Shown here one piece after another: positions 1-9,585 of a stretch of DNA of 64,000 bases. The stretch is from Minisyncoccota bacterium (GTDB lineage: Bacteria; Patescibacteriota; Minisyncoccia; Phycocordibacterales; JABMNX01), in contig JAPHQU010000003.1 in the NCBI GenBank assembly GCA_026195275.1, forward strand, positions 71,852 to 135,851. The letters are read 5' to 3'. A model generated the notes under the pieces. The model saw only the letters and a program-made list of their open reading frames with translations, was not told where the DNA came from and did not search any database. The position numbers and the translations under genes are program-made. Within the stretch, counting starts at the first letter, position 1. Each line of letters opens with the position of its first letter.

Positions 1-1041
1 AATGCACTCACTAAGCGCTCAGTGCCGGCGGAGAATTTCCCTTTTTGCACCATCGACCCGTCGGTTGGTGTTGTCGCGGTGCCTGACCAGCGCCTTAATC
101 GTCTTACCGAACTCTCACACTCAAAAAAGACCATTCCAACCGCGATTGAATTTGTCGATATTGCAGGTCTTGTGAGGGGGGCCGCTGCCGGTGAGGGGCT
201 TGGCAATAAGTTCCTCTCGAATATCCGCGAAGTGGACGCGATTGCGCATGTCGTGCGTCTCTTTGAAGACGCCGATATTACCCACGTGCACGGCGGTATC
301 GAGCCGGTTGACGATATTGAGGTCATTAACCTTGAGCTTATCCTTGCTGATATGCAGACAGTCGGGAAACGACTGGAGTCTGTTGAGCGTGAATCGAAGC
401 GCGGCGAGAAGAGCGCGCTCTTTGAGCAAGGGACACTTAGAAAGATTGCACAAACACTCGAGGCGGGAGAGTTGGCACGACAGGCTGAGCTTGATGAAAA
501 AGAAGCTGAGGTAGTGAAGGGGCTTCACTTACTCACCATGAAGCCGATACTCTATGTTCTCAACAAAAAAGCGAACGCGCTTAATATTGATGAGGAAAAT
601 AATGAAAGATGGCGGTGTCTGGTGGACTTTGTCGAGCGCTCGGGTGCGCAATATGTTGTGGTGGACGCTGGTATCGAGCAAGAGCTCAAGGATGTCTCAG
701 AGGATGATCGGGCTGAGTTCTTGCGAGAGTTTGGTGTGGTTGAGGATGGTATCTCGAACTTTATTCGTGCGAGCTACACACTACTTGACCTTGTCACGTT
801 CTTCACCACCGGCGAAGACGAAACGCGAGCCTGGACAGTGAAGCGTGACAGCTCAGCACCGGAGGCGGGTGCGGCTATTCACACCGATTTTCGCGATAAG
901 TTCATTCGTGCTGATGTGGTGGCATACAACAAACTTATAGAAGCCGGATCCTATGCGTCAGCTCGTGAGAAAGGCTGGGTAGGTACTGAAGGGAAGCAGT
1001 ATATTGTCGAGGATGGCGATGTGATTGAGTTTCGCATTTAA
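1..1041 (+). CDS. ychF: Ribosome-binding ATPase YchF (Obg-like ATPase), 5' end cut by window start
   Basis: The frame is open from nt 1. The ...NALTKRSVPAENFPFCTIDP...EFVDIAGLV...GEGLGNKFL motifs align to the YchF G-domain, and the C-terminal region is TGS-like. Confidence 0.9.
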   Translation, partial: NALTKRSVPAENFPFCTIDPSVGVVAVPDQRLNRLTELSHSKKTIPTAIEFVDIAGLVRGAAAGEGLGNKFLSNIREVDAIAHVVRLFEDADITHVHGGIEPVDDIEVINLELILADMQTVGKRLESVERESKRGEKSALFEQGTLRKIAQTLEAGELARQAELDEKEAEVVKGLHLLTMKPILYVLNKKANALNIDEENNERWRCLVDFVERSGAQYVVVDAGIEQELKDVSEDDRAEFLREFGVVEDGISNFIRASYTLLDLVTFFTTGEDETRAWTVKRDSSAPEAGAAIHTDFRDKFIRADVVAYNKLIEAGSYASAREKGWVGTEGKQYIVEDGDVIEFRI

Positions 1042-1158
1042 CAGTCTCTTCAGAATATGGATATTCTTTCTCTTCATCTGTTCGGAGAGTGATTTACGGA
1101 GTGGTGTTTTTGTTGTACGATTGGGAATATCTTTACCGGATAATAATATTTGATCATC

Positions 1159-2112
1159 ATGAATGAGACACAAGCCAAAGTGACGCCAAAAGATTTCTTT
1201 CTCTGGGTGGGAGCTATCGTCACGCTTTATATAAGTGCGGTGAGTTTACTCACGCTCATCTTCCAGTATATCGATAGGTTATTTGAGGATAAGCTTGATA
1301 CCTATGTTGATCCGTACTCTGGCGTCATTCGCTTTGCGATTGCATCTCTTATTATCATCTTTCCGCTTTACCTCTACTTCACACGGACCCTCAACAACGA
1401 CATGCGCAAAAACCCCGAGAAAAAGGAACTCTGGGTGCGTAGATGGTTGCTCTACTTCACGCTCTTTGTGGCCGGGGCGACGATTGTTGTCGACCTTATT
1501 GTGCTCATCAATACCTATCTCGGTGGTGAAGAGCTAACGATAGGATTCCTTCTTAAAATACTTTCAATCATTGTGGTGATTGGCGGTACTTTCCTCTACT
1601 ACTGGAATGACCTCAAGGGAGTGTGGGAGCACAATGAAAGTCTCTCAAAAAACGTTGGGGCTTTTGTATCGCTCTGTGTGCTCGGAGTAATTGTTTCTGG
1701 ATTCTTTATCATGGGCTCACCACAGACACAGCGTCTTATGCGCTTTGATCAGGAGCGTGTAAGGGACCTCAATTCGGTCCAGTGGCAGATCGTGAATTTC
1801 TATCAGCAAAAAGAACGTTTGCCTGAGTCTCTAAGTGAACTTGAGGATCCACTTACCGGTTTTGTCATTCCGACTGACCCGGAGACCAAGGATGCGTATG
1901 GATATATACCCGGTGACGAACTCACTTTCTCGCTCTGTGCAAACTTCAAGACTGAGAGTAGAGATTATGTTGAGTCGTCTGAGTATTCAGTGGTTCATAT
2001 TGGTCTTATGTACGATCGAGGTGACGAGTATTGGAAGCACGGAATTGGTGAGGAGTGCTTTATGCGCACCATTGATCCAGACAAATTTCCTCTTATTAAA
2101 GAGTTGCGCTAG
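1159..2112 (+). CDS. Hypothetical multi-pass membrane protein (DUF5671-like N-terminus)
   Basis: Long ORF with TTG at 1150 or ATG at 1159. It has several hydrophobic helices followed by a soluble C-terminal region with no motif I recognise. Confidence 0.55.
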   Translation: MNETQAKVTPKDFFLWVGAIVTLYISAVSLLTLIFQYIDRLFEDKLDTYVDPYSGVIRFAIASLIIIFPLYLYFTRTLNNDMRKNPEKKELWVRRWLLYFTLFVAGATIVVDLIVLINTYLGGEELTIGFLLKILSIIVVIGGTFLYYWNDLKGVWEHNESLSKNVGAFVSLCVLGVIVSGFFIMGSPQTQRLMRFDQERVRDLNSVQWQIVNFYQQKERLPESLSELEDPLTGFVIPTDPETKDAYGYIPGDELTFSLCANFKTESRDYVESSEYSVVHIGLMYDRGDEYWKHGIGEECFMRTIDPDKFPLIKELR

Positions 2113-2121
2113 CGTTAACCC

Positions 2122-4956
2122 ATGAGAGAGTACGACCATACAGGGATAGAGAAGAAGTGGCAGAAGAAGTGGGCTGAAGACGGTCTGTATCACACCGGAG
2201 AAGATTCAAAGAAAGAGAAATGCTACGTTCTTGATATGTTCCCATACCCGTCGGGGGAAGGACTTCATGTTGGTCATCCAAAAGGATATATCGCAACTGA
2301 CGTGTACTCTCGTTTTAAGCGTATGTCCGGATGCAACACGCTTCACCCAATGGGGTGGGACGCGTTTGGTTTGCCTGCCGAGCAGTATGCTCTGAAGAAC
2401 AGAGTCCACCCTCGTGTTGCGGTAGAGAAGAACGTGGCGCGCTTTAGAGAGCAGCTCAGCAATATTGGATTCAATTATGATTGGGATAGAGAAATCAATA
2501 CCACTGACCCCGACTATTACAAATGGACACAGTGGATCTTCTTAAAATTACATGAGAAGGGTCTCGCATATGAATCGTACGAACCGATCAACTGGTGCCC
2601 TTCGTGTTTGACAGGTCTCGCGAACGAAGATCTTGAAGACGGAGCGTGCGAGCGTTGTGGGAGCGAGATTGAGAAAAAGCCGATTAGGCAGTGGGTGCTT
2701 AAGATAACTGATTATGCCGATCGTATGCTCGATGACCTCGAGCTGCTTCCCGAGTGGTCGGAGTCGGTTAAGGAGCTTCAGCGCAATTGGATCGGGCGGA
2801 GTCGGGGCGCACGGATTACTTTTAGTATTAGCGGAGGAGAGTCTGTAGATGTTTTTACAACACGCCCTGACACACTCTTTGGTGCAACATATGTGGTACT
2901 TGCGCCGGAACACGCTCTTGTTGCGAAACTTCTCGAGGACAAGGGCTCAGGAATAAAAAACCAGGAAGAGATACTTCGATATGTCGAAGTATCCGGTAAG
3001 AAGTCTGAACTTGATCGACTCGACGCAACAAAGGAGAAGACCGGGGTCAAACTGGAGGGTATTGTGGCGACCAATCCGGCAAACGGTGAAGAGGTGCCTG
3101 TTTTTATAGCCGATTACGTACTTGCCGGATATGGTACAGGTGCGATCATGGCGGTTCCTTCGCACGATGAACGTGACTTTGAATTCGCGAAGAAGTTTCG
3201 TTTGCCGATACGAGAGGTGGTCATACCAAACATCATTGACCACAGAAATCCGCCCGTTAACGGGAAGGAATCAAAGGAGCGTCAAAATGTGCATGCAATC
3301 GTGTATTACCCAAAAGAAGAGAAGTACCTTGCGTTGAAATGGAAGAAGTTTGATTGGATCACTTTCCCGATGGGCGGGGTTGAGGAGGGAGAGAGTGTTG
3401 AGGATGCTGCGCGGCGCGAGGTTGCCGAGGAGACCGGGTTCACGAACCTCAAGCTTGTAAAGGTGCTTCCAAATCGCGCGCGCGCGGAGTATTTTGCGGC
3501 CCATAAAGACGAGAATCGAATTGCATACACTTCTGCGGTCGTGTTTGAACTTATGAGCGAAGATCGCGTTCCCATAGATGAGACCGAGCAAGAACAACAC
3601 GAAATAATATGGCTCAACGAATCGATGCTCAACTACGAGAACATGACACATGCAGAGATTGGTGAATGGCAGCGGCAACTTGCCGGGGTTGAGATGTACT
3701 CCGGTCATGGTGTGCTTGTTGATTCAGGTGATTTTTCTGGCATGAACTCAGAGGAGGCAAAAGAAGCAATCACCAAAAAGGTTGGTGGTGAGATGACGGT
3801 TACGTATCGACTTCAAGACTGGGTCTTCTCGCGACAGCGATACTGGGGGGAGCCGATCCCGATTATTCATTGTGAGACGTGTGGTGCGGTCCCGGTTCCT
3901 GAAGAAGATCTTCCGGTGCTTCTTCCCGATGTTGAGCACTATGAGCCAACCGGCACAGGGGAGTCGCCACTTGCAAATATTGAAGGGTGGGTGAATACAA
4001 CCTGTCCATCGTGTGGTGGCGCGGGAACGCGCGAGACCAACACAATGCCGCAGTGGGCGGGGTCCTCTTGGTATTACTTGAGGTTTATGGACCCGCACAA
4101 TGACCATGCACTCGTAGAGAAAGGCGTGGAGAAGTACTGGGGGCAGGTCGATGTCTATGTTGGAGGGGTTGAACATGCAACACGGCACCTTATTTATGCT
4201 CGCTTTTGGCACAAGTTTCTCTACGACATTGGAGTTGTCTCAACCAAAGAGCCATTCAAGCGTCTCTACACTGTCGGTCTGATCCAGGCCGAAGATGGGA
4301 GGAAGATGAGCAAGCGATGGGGGAATGTGATCAACCCGGACGACATCGTCGAGAGAGTTGGTGCTGACACGCTTCGTGTATATGAGATGTTTATGGGGCC
4401 GTTTGGCAACTCGATCGCGTGGAGTACCGACAACACGATCGGCTCACGTCGGTTCATTGAACGCATATGGAAGCTCAAGGAAAAGATCGGTACCGGATCA
4501 GTTCCTGAGACTGTCTTCCATAAGACGATCCAGAAGGTGGGGTCTGATATTGCCACATTTAATTTCAATACTGCAATTTCGCAGATGATGATTTGTGCGA
4601 ACTGTGCTGAAGAAGAAGGACTTACTGAAGATCAATACAAGACACTTCTCGTACTCTTTGCGCCGTTTGCACCCCATGTTACTGAAGAGCTCTGGCATCA
4701 ACTTGGTGAGAAAGACTCAATACATCTCGAATCTTGGCCGCAGTATGACCAGGAGAAACTGGTCTCTGATATAGCTTCAGTGGTGGTACAGATAAACGGG
4801 AAGACACGTGGAGTGGCTGAAGTCGCTACTGGAGCTCTTGAAGCAGATGTTCTCAATCAGGTGCGAGCAGACAAAGCGTTCGCACGCTGGCTTGGGGAGG
4901 GAGAATTAAAGAAGGTCGTCTATGTCAAAGATAAGTTGATAAACTTAGTTATTTGA
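2122..4956 (+). CDS. leuS: Leucyl-tRNA synthetase carrying an internal Nudix-hydrolase-like insertion
   Basis: 944-aa ORF. It has the HVGHPKGY (HIGH) motif, the TTRPDT editing (CP1) motif, AVPSHDERDFEFA, YRLQDWVFSRQRYWGEPIP and KMSKRWGN (KMSKS). It ends with TGA. Confidence 0.95.
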   Translation: MREYDHTGIEKKWQKKWAEDGLYHTGEDSKKEKCYVLDMFPYPSGEGLHVGHPKGYIATDVYSRFKRMSGCNTLHPMGWDAFGLPAEQYALKNRVHPRVAVEKNVARFREQLSNIGFNYDWDREINTTDPDYYKWTQWIFLKLHEKGLAYESYEPINWCPSCLTGLANEDLEDGACERCGSEIEKKPIRQWVLKITDYADRMLDDLELLPEWSESVKELQRNWIGRSRGARITFSISGGESVDVFTTRPDTLFGATYVVLAPEHALVAKLLEDKGSGIKNQEEILRYVEVSGKKSELDRLDATKEKTGVKLEGIVATNPANGEEVPVFIADYVLAGYGTGAIMAVPSHDERDFEFAKKFRLPIREVVIPNIIDHRNPPVNGKESKERQNVHAIVYYPKEEKYLALKWKKFDWITFPMGGVEEGESVEDAARREVAEETGFTNLKLVKVLPNRARAEYFAAHKDENRIAYTSAVVFELMSEDRVPIDETEQEQHEIIWLNESMLNYENMTHAEIGEWQRQLAGVEMYSGHGVLVDSGDFSGMNSEEAKEAITKKVGGEMTVTYRLQDWVFSRQRYWGEPIPIIHCETCGAVPVPEEDLPVLLPDVEHYEPTGTGESPLANIEGWVNTTCPSCGGAGTRETNTMPQWAGSSWYYLRFMDPHNDHALVEKGVEKYWGQVDVYVGGVEHATRHLIYARFWHKFLYDIGVVSTKEPFKRLYTVGLIQAEDGRKMSKRWGNVINPDDIVERVGADTLRVYEMFMGPFGNSIAWSTDNTIGSRRFIERIWKLKEKIGTGSVPETVFHKTIQKVGSDIATFNFNTAISQMMICANCAEEEGLTEDQYKTLLVLFAPFAPHVTEELWHQLGEKDSIHLESWPQYDQEKLVSDIASVVVQINGKTRGVAEVATGALEADVLNQVRADKAFARWLGEGELKKVVYVKDKLINLVI
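3229..3700 (+). other. Nudix-fold domain inserted in-frame inside LeuS
   Basis: About 150 extra residues sit between the HDERD region and the GVLVDSGDF segment, which are separated by about 20 aa in typical LeuS. The insertion contains a perfect Nudix box GGVEEGESVEDAARREVAEETGF (GX5EX7REUXEEXGU) at nt 3373-3441. Confidence 0.7.
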
Positions 4957-4962
4957 GGACTC

Positions 4963-4991
4963 TTGACGCAAGACTAGACAAATGATAAAAA
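4963..4991 (+). promoter_or_regulatory. Putative sigma-70-like promoter (TTGACG-N17-TAAAAA)
   Basis: Hexamers lie in the leuS-downstream intergenic region, about 50 nt upstream of the ATG at 5044. Confidence 0.3.
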
Positions 4992-5043
4992 TTAGGATAC
5001 ACTATTCCTCACATAGCAATATCAGTAATACACGGGTGGATAT

Positions 5044-6072
5044 ATGGCAAAAATCACATTTAAGCCAAAACAGGTAACACAAAAACTACTCGCGACGCTT
5101 CCTGAGCGCGCGAGGGATATTTTGATACGTCGATACGGTCTTGGAAAGAGCACGAAGAAGATGACACTCGAATCAATCGGTGAGCAGTACGGTATCACTC
5201 GAGAGCGCGTTCGCCAGATCGAGAATCACGCGCTCCAGAATATTCAAAGGTCAGATGTGTTTGAAAAATCAGAATCAGCATTCAAAGAACTTGAAATGTT
5301 GATTGATGCACTTGGTGGTGTCGTTGCGGAGGATGAACTTCTTGCGCAGATCTCAAAAGAAAAAGCTACTCAAAACCATCTCCACTTTCTCCTTGTGATT
5401 GGGACCACATTCAATAATAAAAAGGAAGATGCGGAGTTCGCACCTCGTTGGTTTGTTGATAAAGATCTGGCTGACCAGGTACACACAGCACTTAAGGATC
5501 TCTACACCAATATTTCAGACGATGATCTCATTCCCGAATCTCAGCTTATCGCGAATTTCTTGGAAAAACTTAAAGGCCTTAACGAGCAATACCGACAAGA
5601 AGAAATTCTCAAACGTTGGCTCTCACTCTCGAAGACTATCGCAAAGAATCCACTTGGTGAGTGGGGTCTTGCATCTTCGCCGAATGTCCGCGCAAAGGGT
5701 GTTCGTGATTTTGCGTATCTTGCCATCAAACATCATGGTTCACCGATGCACTTCACTGAGGTTGCTGAGGCTATCTCAGAACTCTTTAACAAAAAGGCAC
5801 ACGTAGCAACCTGCCACAATGAACTCATCAAGGACAAGCGGTTCGTGCTTGTTGGTCGCGGTCTTTATGTGCTCTCTGAGTGGGGCTACACTAGTGGTGT
5901 AGTAAAAGACGTGCTTCGCGCAATCCTCGAGAAGGATGGACCACTCACCAAAGAAGATATCCTTGACCGTATCCGCAAAGAGCGATACGTAAAAGACAAT
6001 ACCGTCTTGGTAAATCTCCAGGATTCCTCAATATTTACGAAGGATGAGGATGGGCGATATGCACTTGTCTAA
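5044..6072 (+). CDS. Sigma-70 region-4 (HTH) domain-containing protein, otherwise uncharacterised
   Basis: The N-terminal ERARDILIRRYGLGKSTKKMTLESIGEQYGITRERVRQIENHALQNI is a classic sigma-70 region 4. There is no region 2, and about 270 aa of unknown function follow. Confidence 0.7.
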   Translation: MAKITFKPKQVTQKLLATLPERARDILIRRYGLGKSTKKMTLESIGEQYGITRERVRQIENHALQNIQRSDVFEKSESAFKELEMLIDALGGVVAEDELLAQISKEKATQNHLHFLLVIGTTFNNKKEDAEFAPRWFVDKDLADQVHTALKDLYTNISDDDLIPESQLIANFLEKLKGLNEQYRQEEILKRWLSLSKTIAKNPLGEWGLASSPNVRAKGVRDFAYLAIKHHGSPMHFTEVAEAISELFNKKAHVATCHNELIKDKRFVLVGRGLYVLSEWGYTSGVVKDVLRAILEKDGPLTKEDILDRIRKERYVKDNTVLVNLQDSSIFTKDEDGRYALV

Positions 6073-6101
6073 GTGTGTTCAAATAATCCCTCGAAACCCA
6101 C

Positions 6102-6130
6102 AAAGAGCTGTTCTCTAGGCAGCTCTTTTG
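6102..6130 (+). terminator. Hairpin terminator candidate
   Basis: Stem aaagagctg/cagctcttt with a 9-nt loop, followed by a partial T-run. Confidence 0.4.
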
Positions 6131-6147
6131 CGGTATGATTTACAGTA

Positions 6148-7476
6148 ATGAGTTTCAATCCTTTTAAGATACTCGAGGATTTTGGTATCCCAACAATCGG
6201 TCTGGTGATCGCCTCTTTTTTTGTCTTACTTGGTATTGTCTACTACTGGACCCCCGCAGAGATGACCTTCACTCCTGCGGCTCGCTTGCTTCTTCTCTCT
6301 GCGCCGATCTGGGTGCCGATTATACTCAGTGTTACATTTTGGAAGATTTGGCTTGAATATATTCGTGCTAAGTTTATTAGCTCCCAGAAGCACGTGCTTC
6401 TTGAGATCAAATTGCCACGTGAAGTGGTGCGTTCTCCTCAAGCAATGGAGACCTTGCTCACCAACCTTCATATTGGGATGGGTGAGGGTACATTCATCAA
6501 CCGCTACATTGAGGGTAGGGTGCGCCCCTGGTATTCGCTTGAGATCGCCTCACTTGGTGGACGAATCCACTTCTTTATTTGGACACGTGCATTTCTCAGA
6601 GATGTAGTTGAGGCGCAGATCTACGGACAATATCCAATGGTTGAGGTACACGAAGTTGAGGATTACGCACAAAAACTTGGTTATCATCCTGATCGGTATG
6701 GTCTATGGGGGTGTGATTTCAAACTTACCGGCAAGGACGCGTATCCGATCAAGACGTACATTGATTACGGTCTTGATAAGGATCCAAAGGAGGAATATAA
6801 GATCGATCCGATGGCAGGATTCTTCGAGTTCTTGAGTCATATCGGGCCGGATGAGCAGATTTGGTTTCAGCTCATGATACGAATGAATAAAGACAAACTC
6901 CGTGAAGACCGAAAATATAAGAAAGGTGTGTTTTTTGTTGAGACCACGAGCTGGAAAGATGAGGCTAAAGAAGAAATAGAAAAGATTCGAGAGGAATCGC
7001 GCCCTGAAACCTCCGGAGATTTCCCCGGATTCCCCAACCCAACACCGGGGCAGACTGACAAGATCAAGGCGCTTGAACGGAGTGTTTCAAAACTGGGGTT
7101 TGATGCGGGTATGCGGGGTATCTACATCGCAAAGAAGGACGCGTTCAACCCATCGAACATCGCAGCTCTGACATCATCACTTAAACAACTGAACGCGAGT
7201 GATCGAAACGGTATTGCACCAACACGTTGGTTCACTGAGTTTGGCTACCCGTGGCAGGATATTTTTGGGAAGAAGCAGGAGAATTACCGCAAATGGATTA
7301 TTGATGCGTACCGTCGACGCTCGTGGTTCCATGAGCCATATAAGACACCCTGGTTTGTATTTAATACTGAGGAAATTGCAACGATCTTCCATTTCCCCGG
7401 TTCAGTTGTTCAGGCTCCGACCCTTGAGCGAATCTCATCCACGAAAGGAGAGGCGCCACCAAATCTTCCCGGTTAG
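6148..7476 (+). CDS. Hypothetical membrane-anchored protein (2 N-terminal TM helices, large soluble domain)
   Basis: 442-aa ORF. It has hydrophobic N-terminal helices and no motifs I recognise. Confidence 0.55.
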   Translation: MSFNPFKILEDFGIPTIGLVIASFFVLLGIVYYWTPAEMTFTPAARLLLLSAPIWVPIILSVTFWKIWLEYIRAKFISSQKHVLLEIKLPREVVRSPQAMETLLTNLHIGMGEGTFINRYIEGRVRPWYSLEIASLGGRIHFFIWTRAFLRDVVEAQIYGQYPMVEVHEVEDYAQKLGYHPDRYGLWGCDFKLTGKDAYPIKTYIDYGLDKDPKEEYKIDPMAGFFEFLSHIGPDEQIWFQLMIRMNKDKLREDRKYKKGVFFVETTSWKDEAKEEIEKIREESRPETSGDFPGFPNPTPGQTDKIKALERSVSKLGFDAGMRGIYIAKKDAFNPSNIAALTSSLKQLNASDRNGIAPTRWFTEFGYPWQDIFGKKQENYRKWIIDAYRRRSWFHEPYKTPWFVFNTEEIATIFHFPGSVVQAPTLERISSTKGEAPPNLPG

Positions 7477-7478
7477 AC

Positions 7479-8492
7479 ATGCGTGCATTTTCACAATTTC
7501 AAAGATCTTCTCTCAACGTCATCTCTTGGTGTGGTGGTTTCTTGTTTGGGACATCTGCTCGGCGCACAGCAACATCCTTGGTCCTTCTTTGTGTGTTGAT
7601 TGTCTATGTAGGGCTGATTACTGCGCCACGCAATTTTCCTTCGGGACACATTGTGACCATTGAGCGCGGTACAACCCTTGAAGGGATCGCACAGCAGTTA
7701 AAAGAGCGTGATGTCATACGTTCTCCACTCCTCTTTAGGAGTACGGTGATTCTGCTTGGTGGCGAAAAACGAGCGCATGCCGGAGACTATTTTTTCGAGA
7801 GGCCTGAAGGAGTCTTTCGGGTTGCGTACCGAATTGCACTCGGGCAGTTCGGCCTTGAACCGATTGTCGTCCGCATACCCGAAGGAGCGTCGGCAACCTT
7901 GGTTGCCGAACAACTTAGCGGGTCTCTTGACACCTTCGACGCAGATCTGTTTCTCGCATACGCACAGGCTGACGAGGGGTATCTCTTCCCCGACACGTAT
8001 CACTTCTTGCCGAACATTAGTGAGCAAGATGTATATCGCACAATGAGAGAGAATTTCAATCGGCGTATTGCCATCCTTACTGAGGAGATAGAGATGTTTG
8101 GCAAACCACTGGATGAGGTAGTTACCATGGCATCAATCATCGAGCTTGAGGGGGATGACCTTGAGACAAAGCGAAAGATCGCGAGCGCTCTCTGGAACCG
8201 TATTAAAATCGGGATGGCACTGCAAGTTGACGCTTCATTTGTCTACCTATTAGGAAAGGGGACAGCCGAGCTCTCTCTCTCGGACCTTGCGATTGACTCA
8301 CCATACAACACTTACACGAACACAGGGTTCCCACCGACACCAATTGCAAACCCGGGGCTTGATTCACTTCGCGCAGCAGTAACTCCAGCAGAGACTAATT
8401 ACCTCTACTACCTTGCCGATGAAGACGGAACAACTCATTTTAGTGAGACTTTTGAAGAACATAAATCCAAGAAAGAGCGTTACTTACCGTAG
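7479..8492 (+). CDS. mltG: Endolytic murein transglycosylase MltG (YceG family)
   Basis: An N-terminal TM anchor is present. The C-terminal YNTYTNTGFPPTPIANPG motif is characteristic of the YceG/MltG family. Confidence 0.85.
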   Translation: MRAFSQFQRSSLNVISWCGGFLFGTSARRTATSLVLLCVLIVYVGLITAPRNFPSGHIVTIERGTTLEGIAQQLKERDVIRSPLLFRSTVILLGGEKRAHAGDYFFERPEGVFRVAYRIALGQFGLEPIVVRIPEGASATLVAEQLSGSLDTFDADLFLAYAQADEGYLFPDTYHFLPNISEQDVYRTMRENFNRRIAILTEEIEMFGKPLDEVVTMASIIELEGDDLETKRKIASALWNRIKIGMALQVDASFVYLLGKGTAELSLSDLAIDSPYNTYTNTGFPPTPIANPGLDSLRAAVTPAETNYLYYLADEDGTTHFSETFEEHKSKKERYLP

Positions 8493-8516
8493 AGGTATCT
8501 GTGATAGAGTAGGGGC

Positions 8517-9575
8517 ATGAAGAAAGGAAAAGGGCGAGTATTTGTCGGTGTCTCTGGGGGTGTAGACTCTTCGGTGTCTGCTGCCCTTCTCAAGAAAGCC
8601 GGATATGATGTGGTTGGTGTGTTCATTAAGGTATGGCACCCAGATTTCTTACCGTGCAATTGGGAGCGTGAGCGAATGGACGCGATGCGGGTGTGCGTAC
8701 GGCTTGGTATACCTTTCTGTACCTTCGACGCGGAAGCTGAATACAAAGAATTTGTTGCTGAGTATTTAATTCAAGAATACCGCAGAGGACGGACACCAAA
8801 CCCGGACGTGATGTGTAATAAACACGTGAAGTTTGGGAGTTTTCTTAATTTTGCGCGAGAAAGAGGAGCTGACTTTATCGCAACCGGACACTATGCGCGT
8901 GTCGATGAACGGGGTGGCTCCTATCGACTCCTTCAGGGAGTCGATAAAGAGAAAGATCAATCGTATTTCCTCTGGACACTCTCACAAGACGAACTCAAAC
9001 ACGTACGTTTTCCTATTGGTGAATATACAAAACCGGAAGTACGCAAACTTGCAAAGAAGTTCGGACTCTCGACTGCTGAGAAGAAAGATAGTCAAGGCAT
9101 TTGTTTCCTTGGCCCAGTCGATATGGAGGAATTTCTCTCACATTATATCGATACAAAACCTGGTGAGGTGATTACACAGGACGGCACGGTTGTGGGTAGA
9201 CATCATGGTGCGTTGATTTATACCATTGGGCAACGACACGGCTTCGAGATAACGGAAGCAGATACTGAGCGTAAGCCGTACTATGTGGTTGAAAAGCGTA
9301 TCCTCGACAATATACTCGTGGTCTCGCACAATCCAAACGACCCACAATTTAATAAAAAGGATGTAGTGCTTGAGAATAGTCATTGGGTCGCCGGTGCGCC
9401 GGAGGCAGGAAGGGAATACACAGCACGCTTCAGGCATCGCGGAGAGTTATACCCATGCACGGTGAAAGGAGACACCGTGAATTTCAGGGAACCGCAGAAC
9501 GGACTTGCGCGTGGTCAGTCGCTTGTCATATACGACAAGGAAGAGTGTGTTGGTGGTGGTGTGATCTCTTGGTAG
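8517..9575 (+). CDS. mnmA: tRNA-specific 2-thiouridylase MnmA
   Basis: VGVSGGVDSSV PP-loop, followed by CNKHVKFG and ATGHYAR motifs. Confidence 0.9.
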   Translation: MKKGKGRVFVGVSGGVDSSVSAALLKKAGYDVVGVFIKVWHPDFLPCNWERERMDAMRVCVRLGIPFCTFDAEAEYKEFVAEYLIQEYRRGRTPNPDVMCNKHVKFGSFLNFARERGADFIATGHYARVDERGGSYRLLQGVDKEKDQSYFLWTLSQDELKHVRFPIGEYTKPEVRKLAKKFGLSTAEKKDSQGICFLGPVDMEEFLSHYIDTKPGEVITQDGTVVGRHHGALIYTIGQRHGFEITEADTERKPYYVVEKRILDNILVVSHNPNDPQFNKKDVVLENSHWVAGAPEAGREYTARFRHRGELYPCTVKGDTVNFREPQNGLARGQSLVIYDKEECVGGGVISW

Positions 9576-9585
9576 ACTAAAAACA

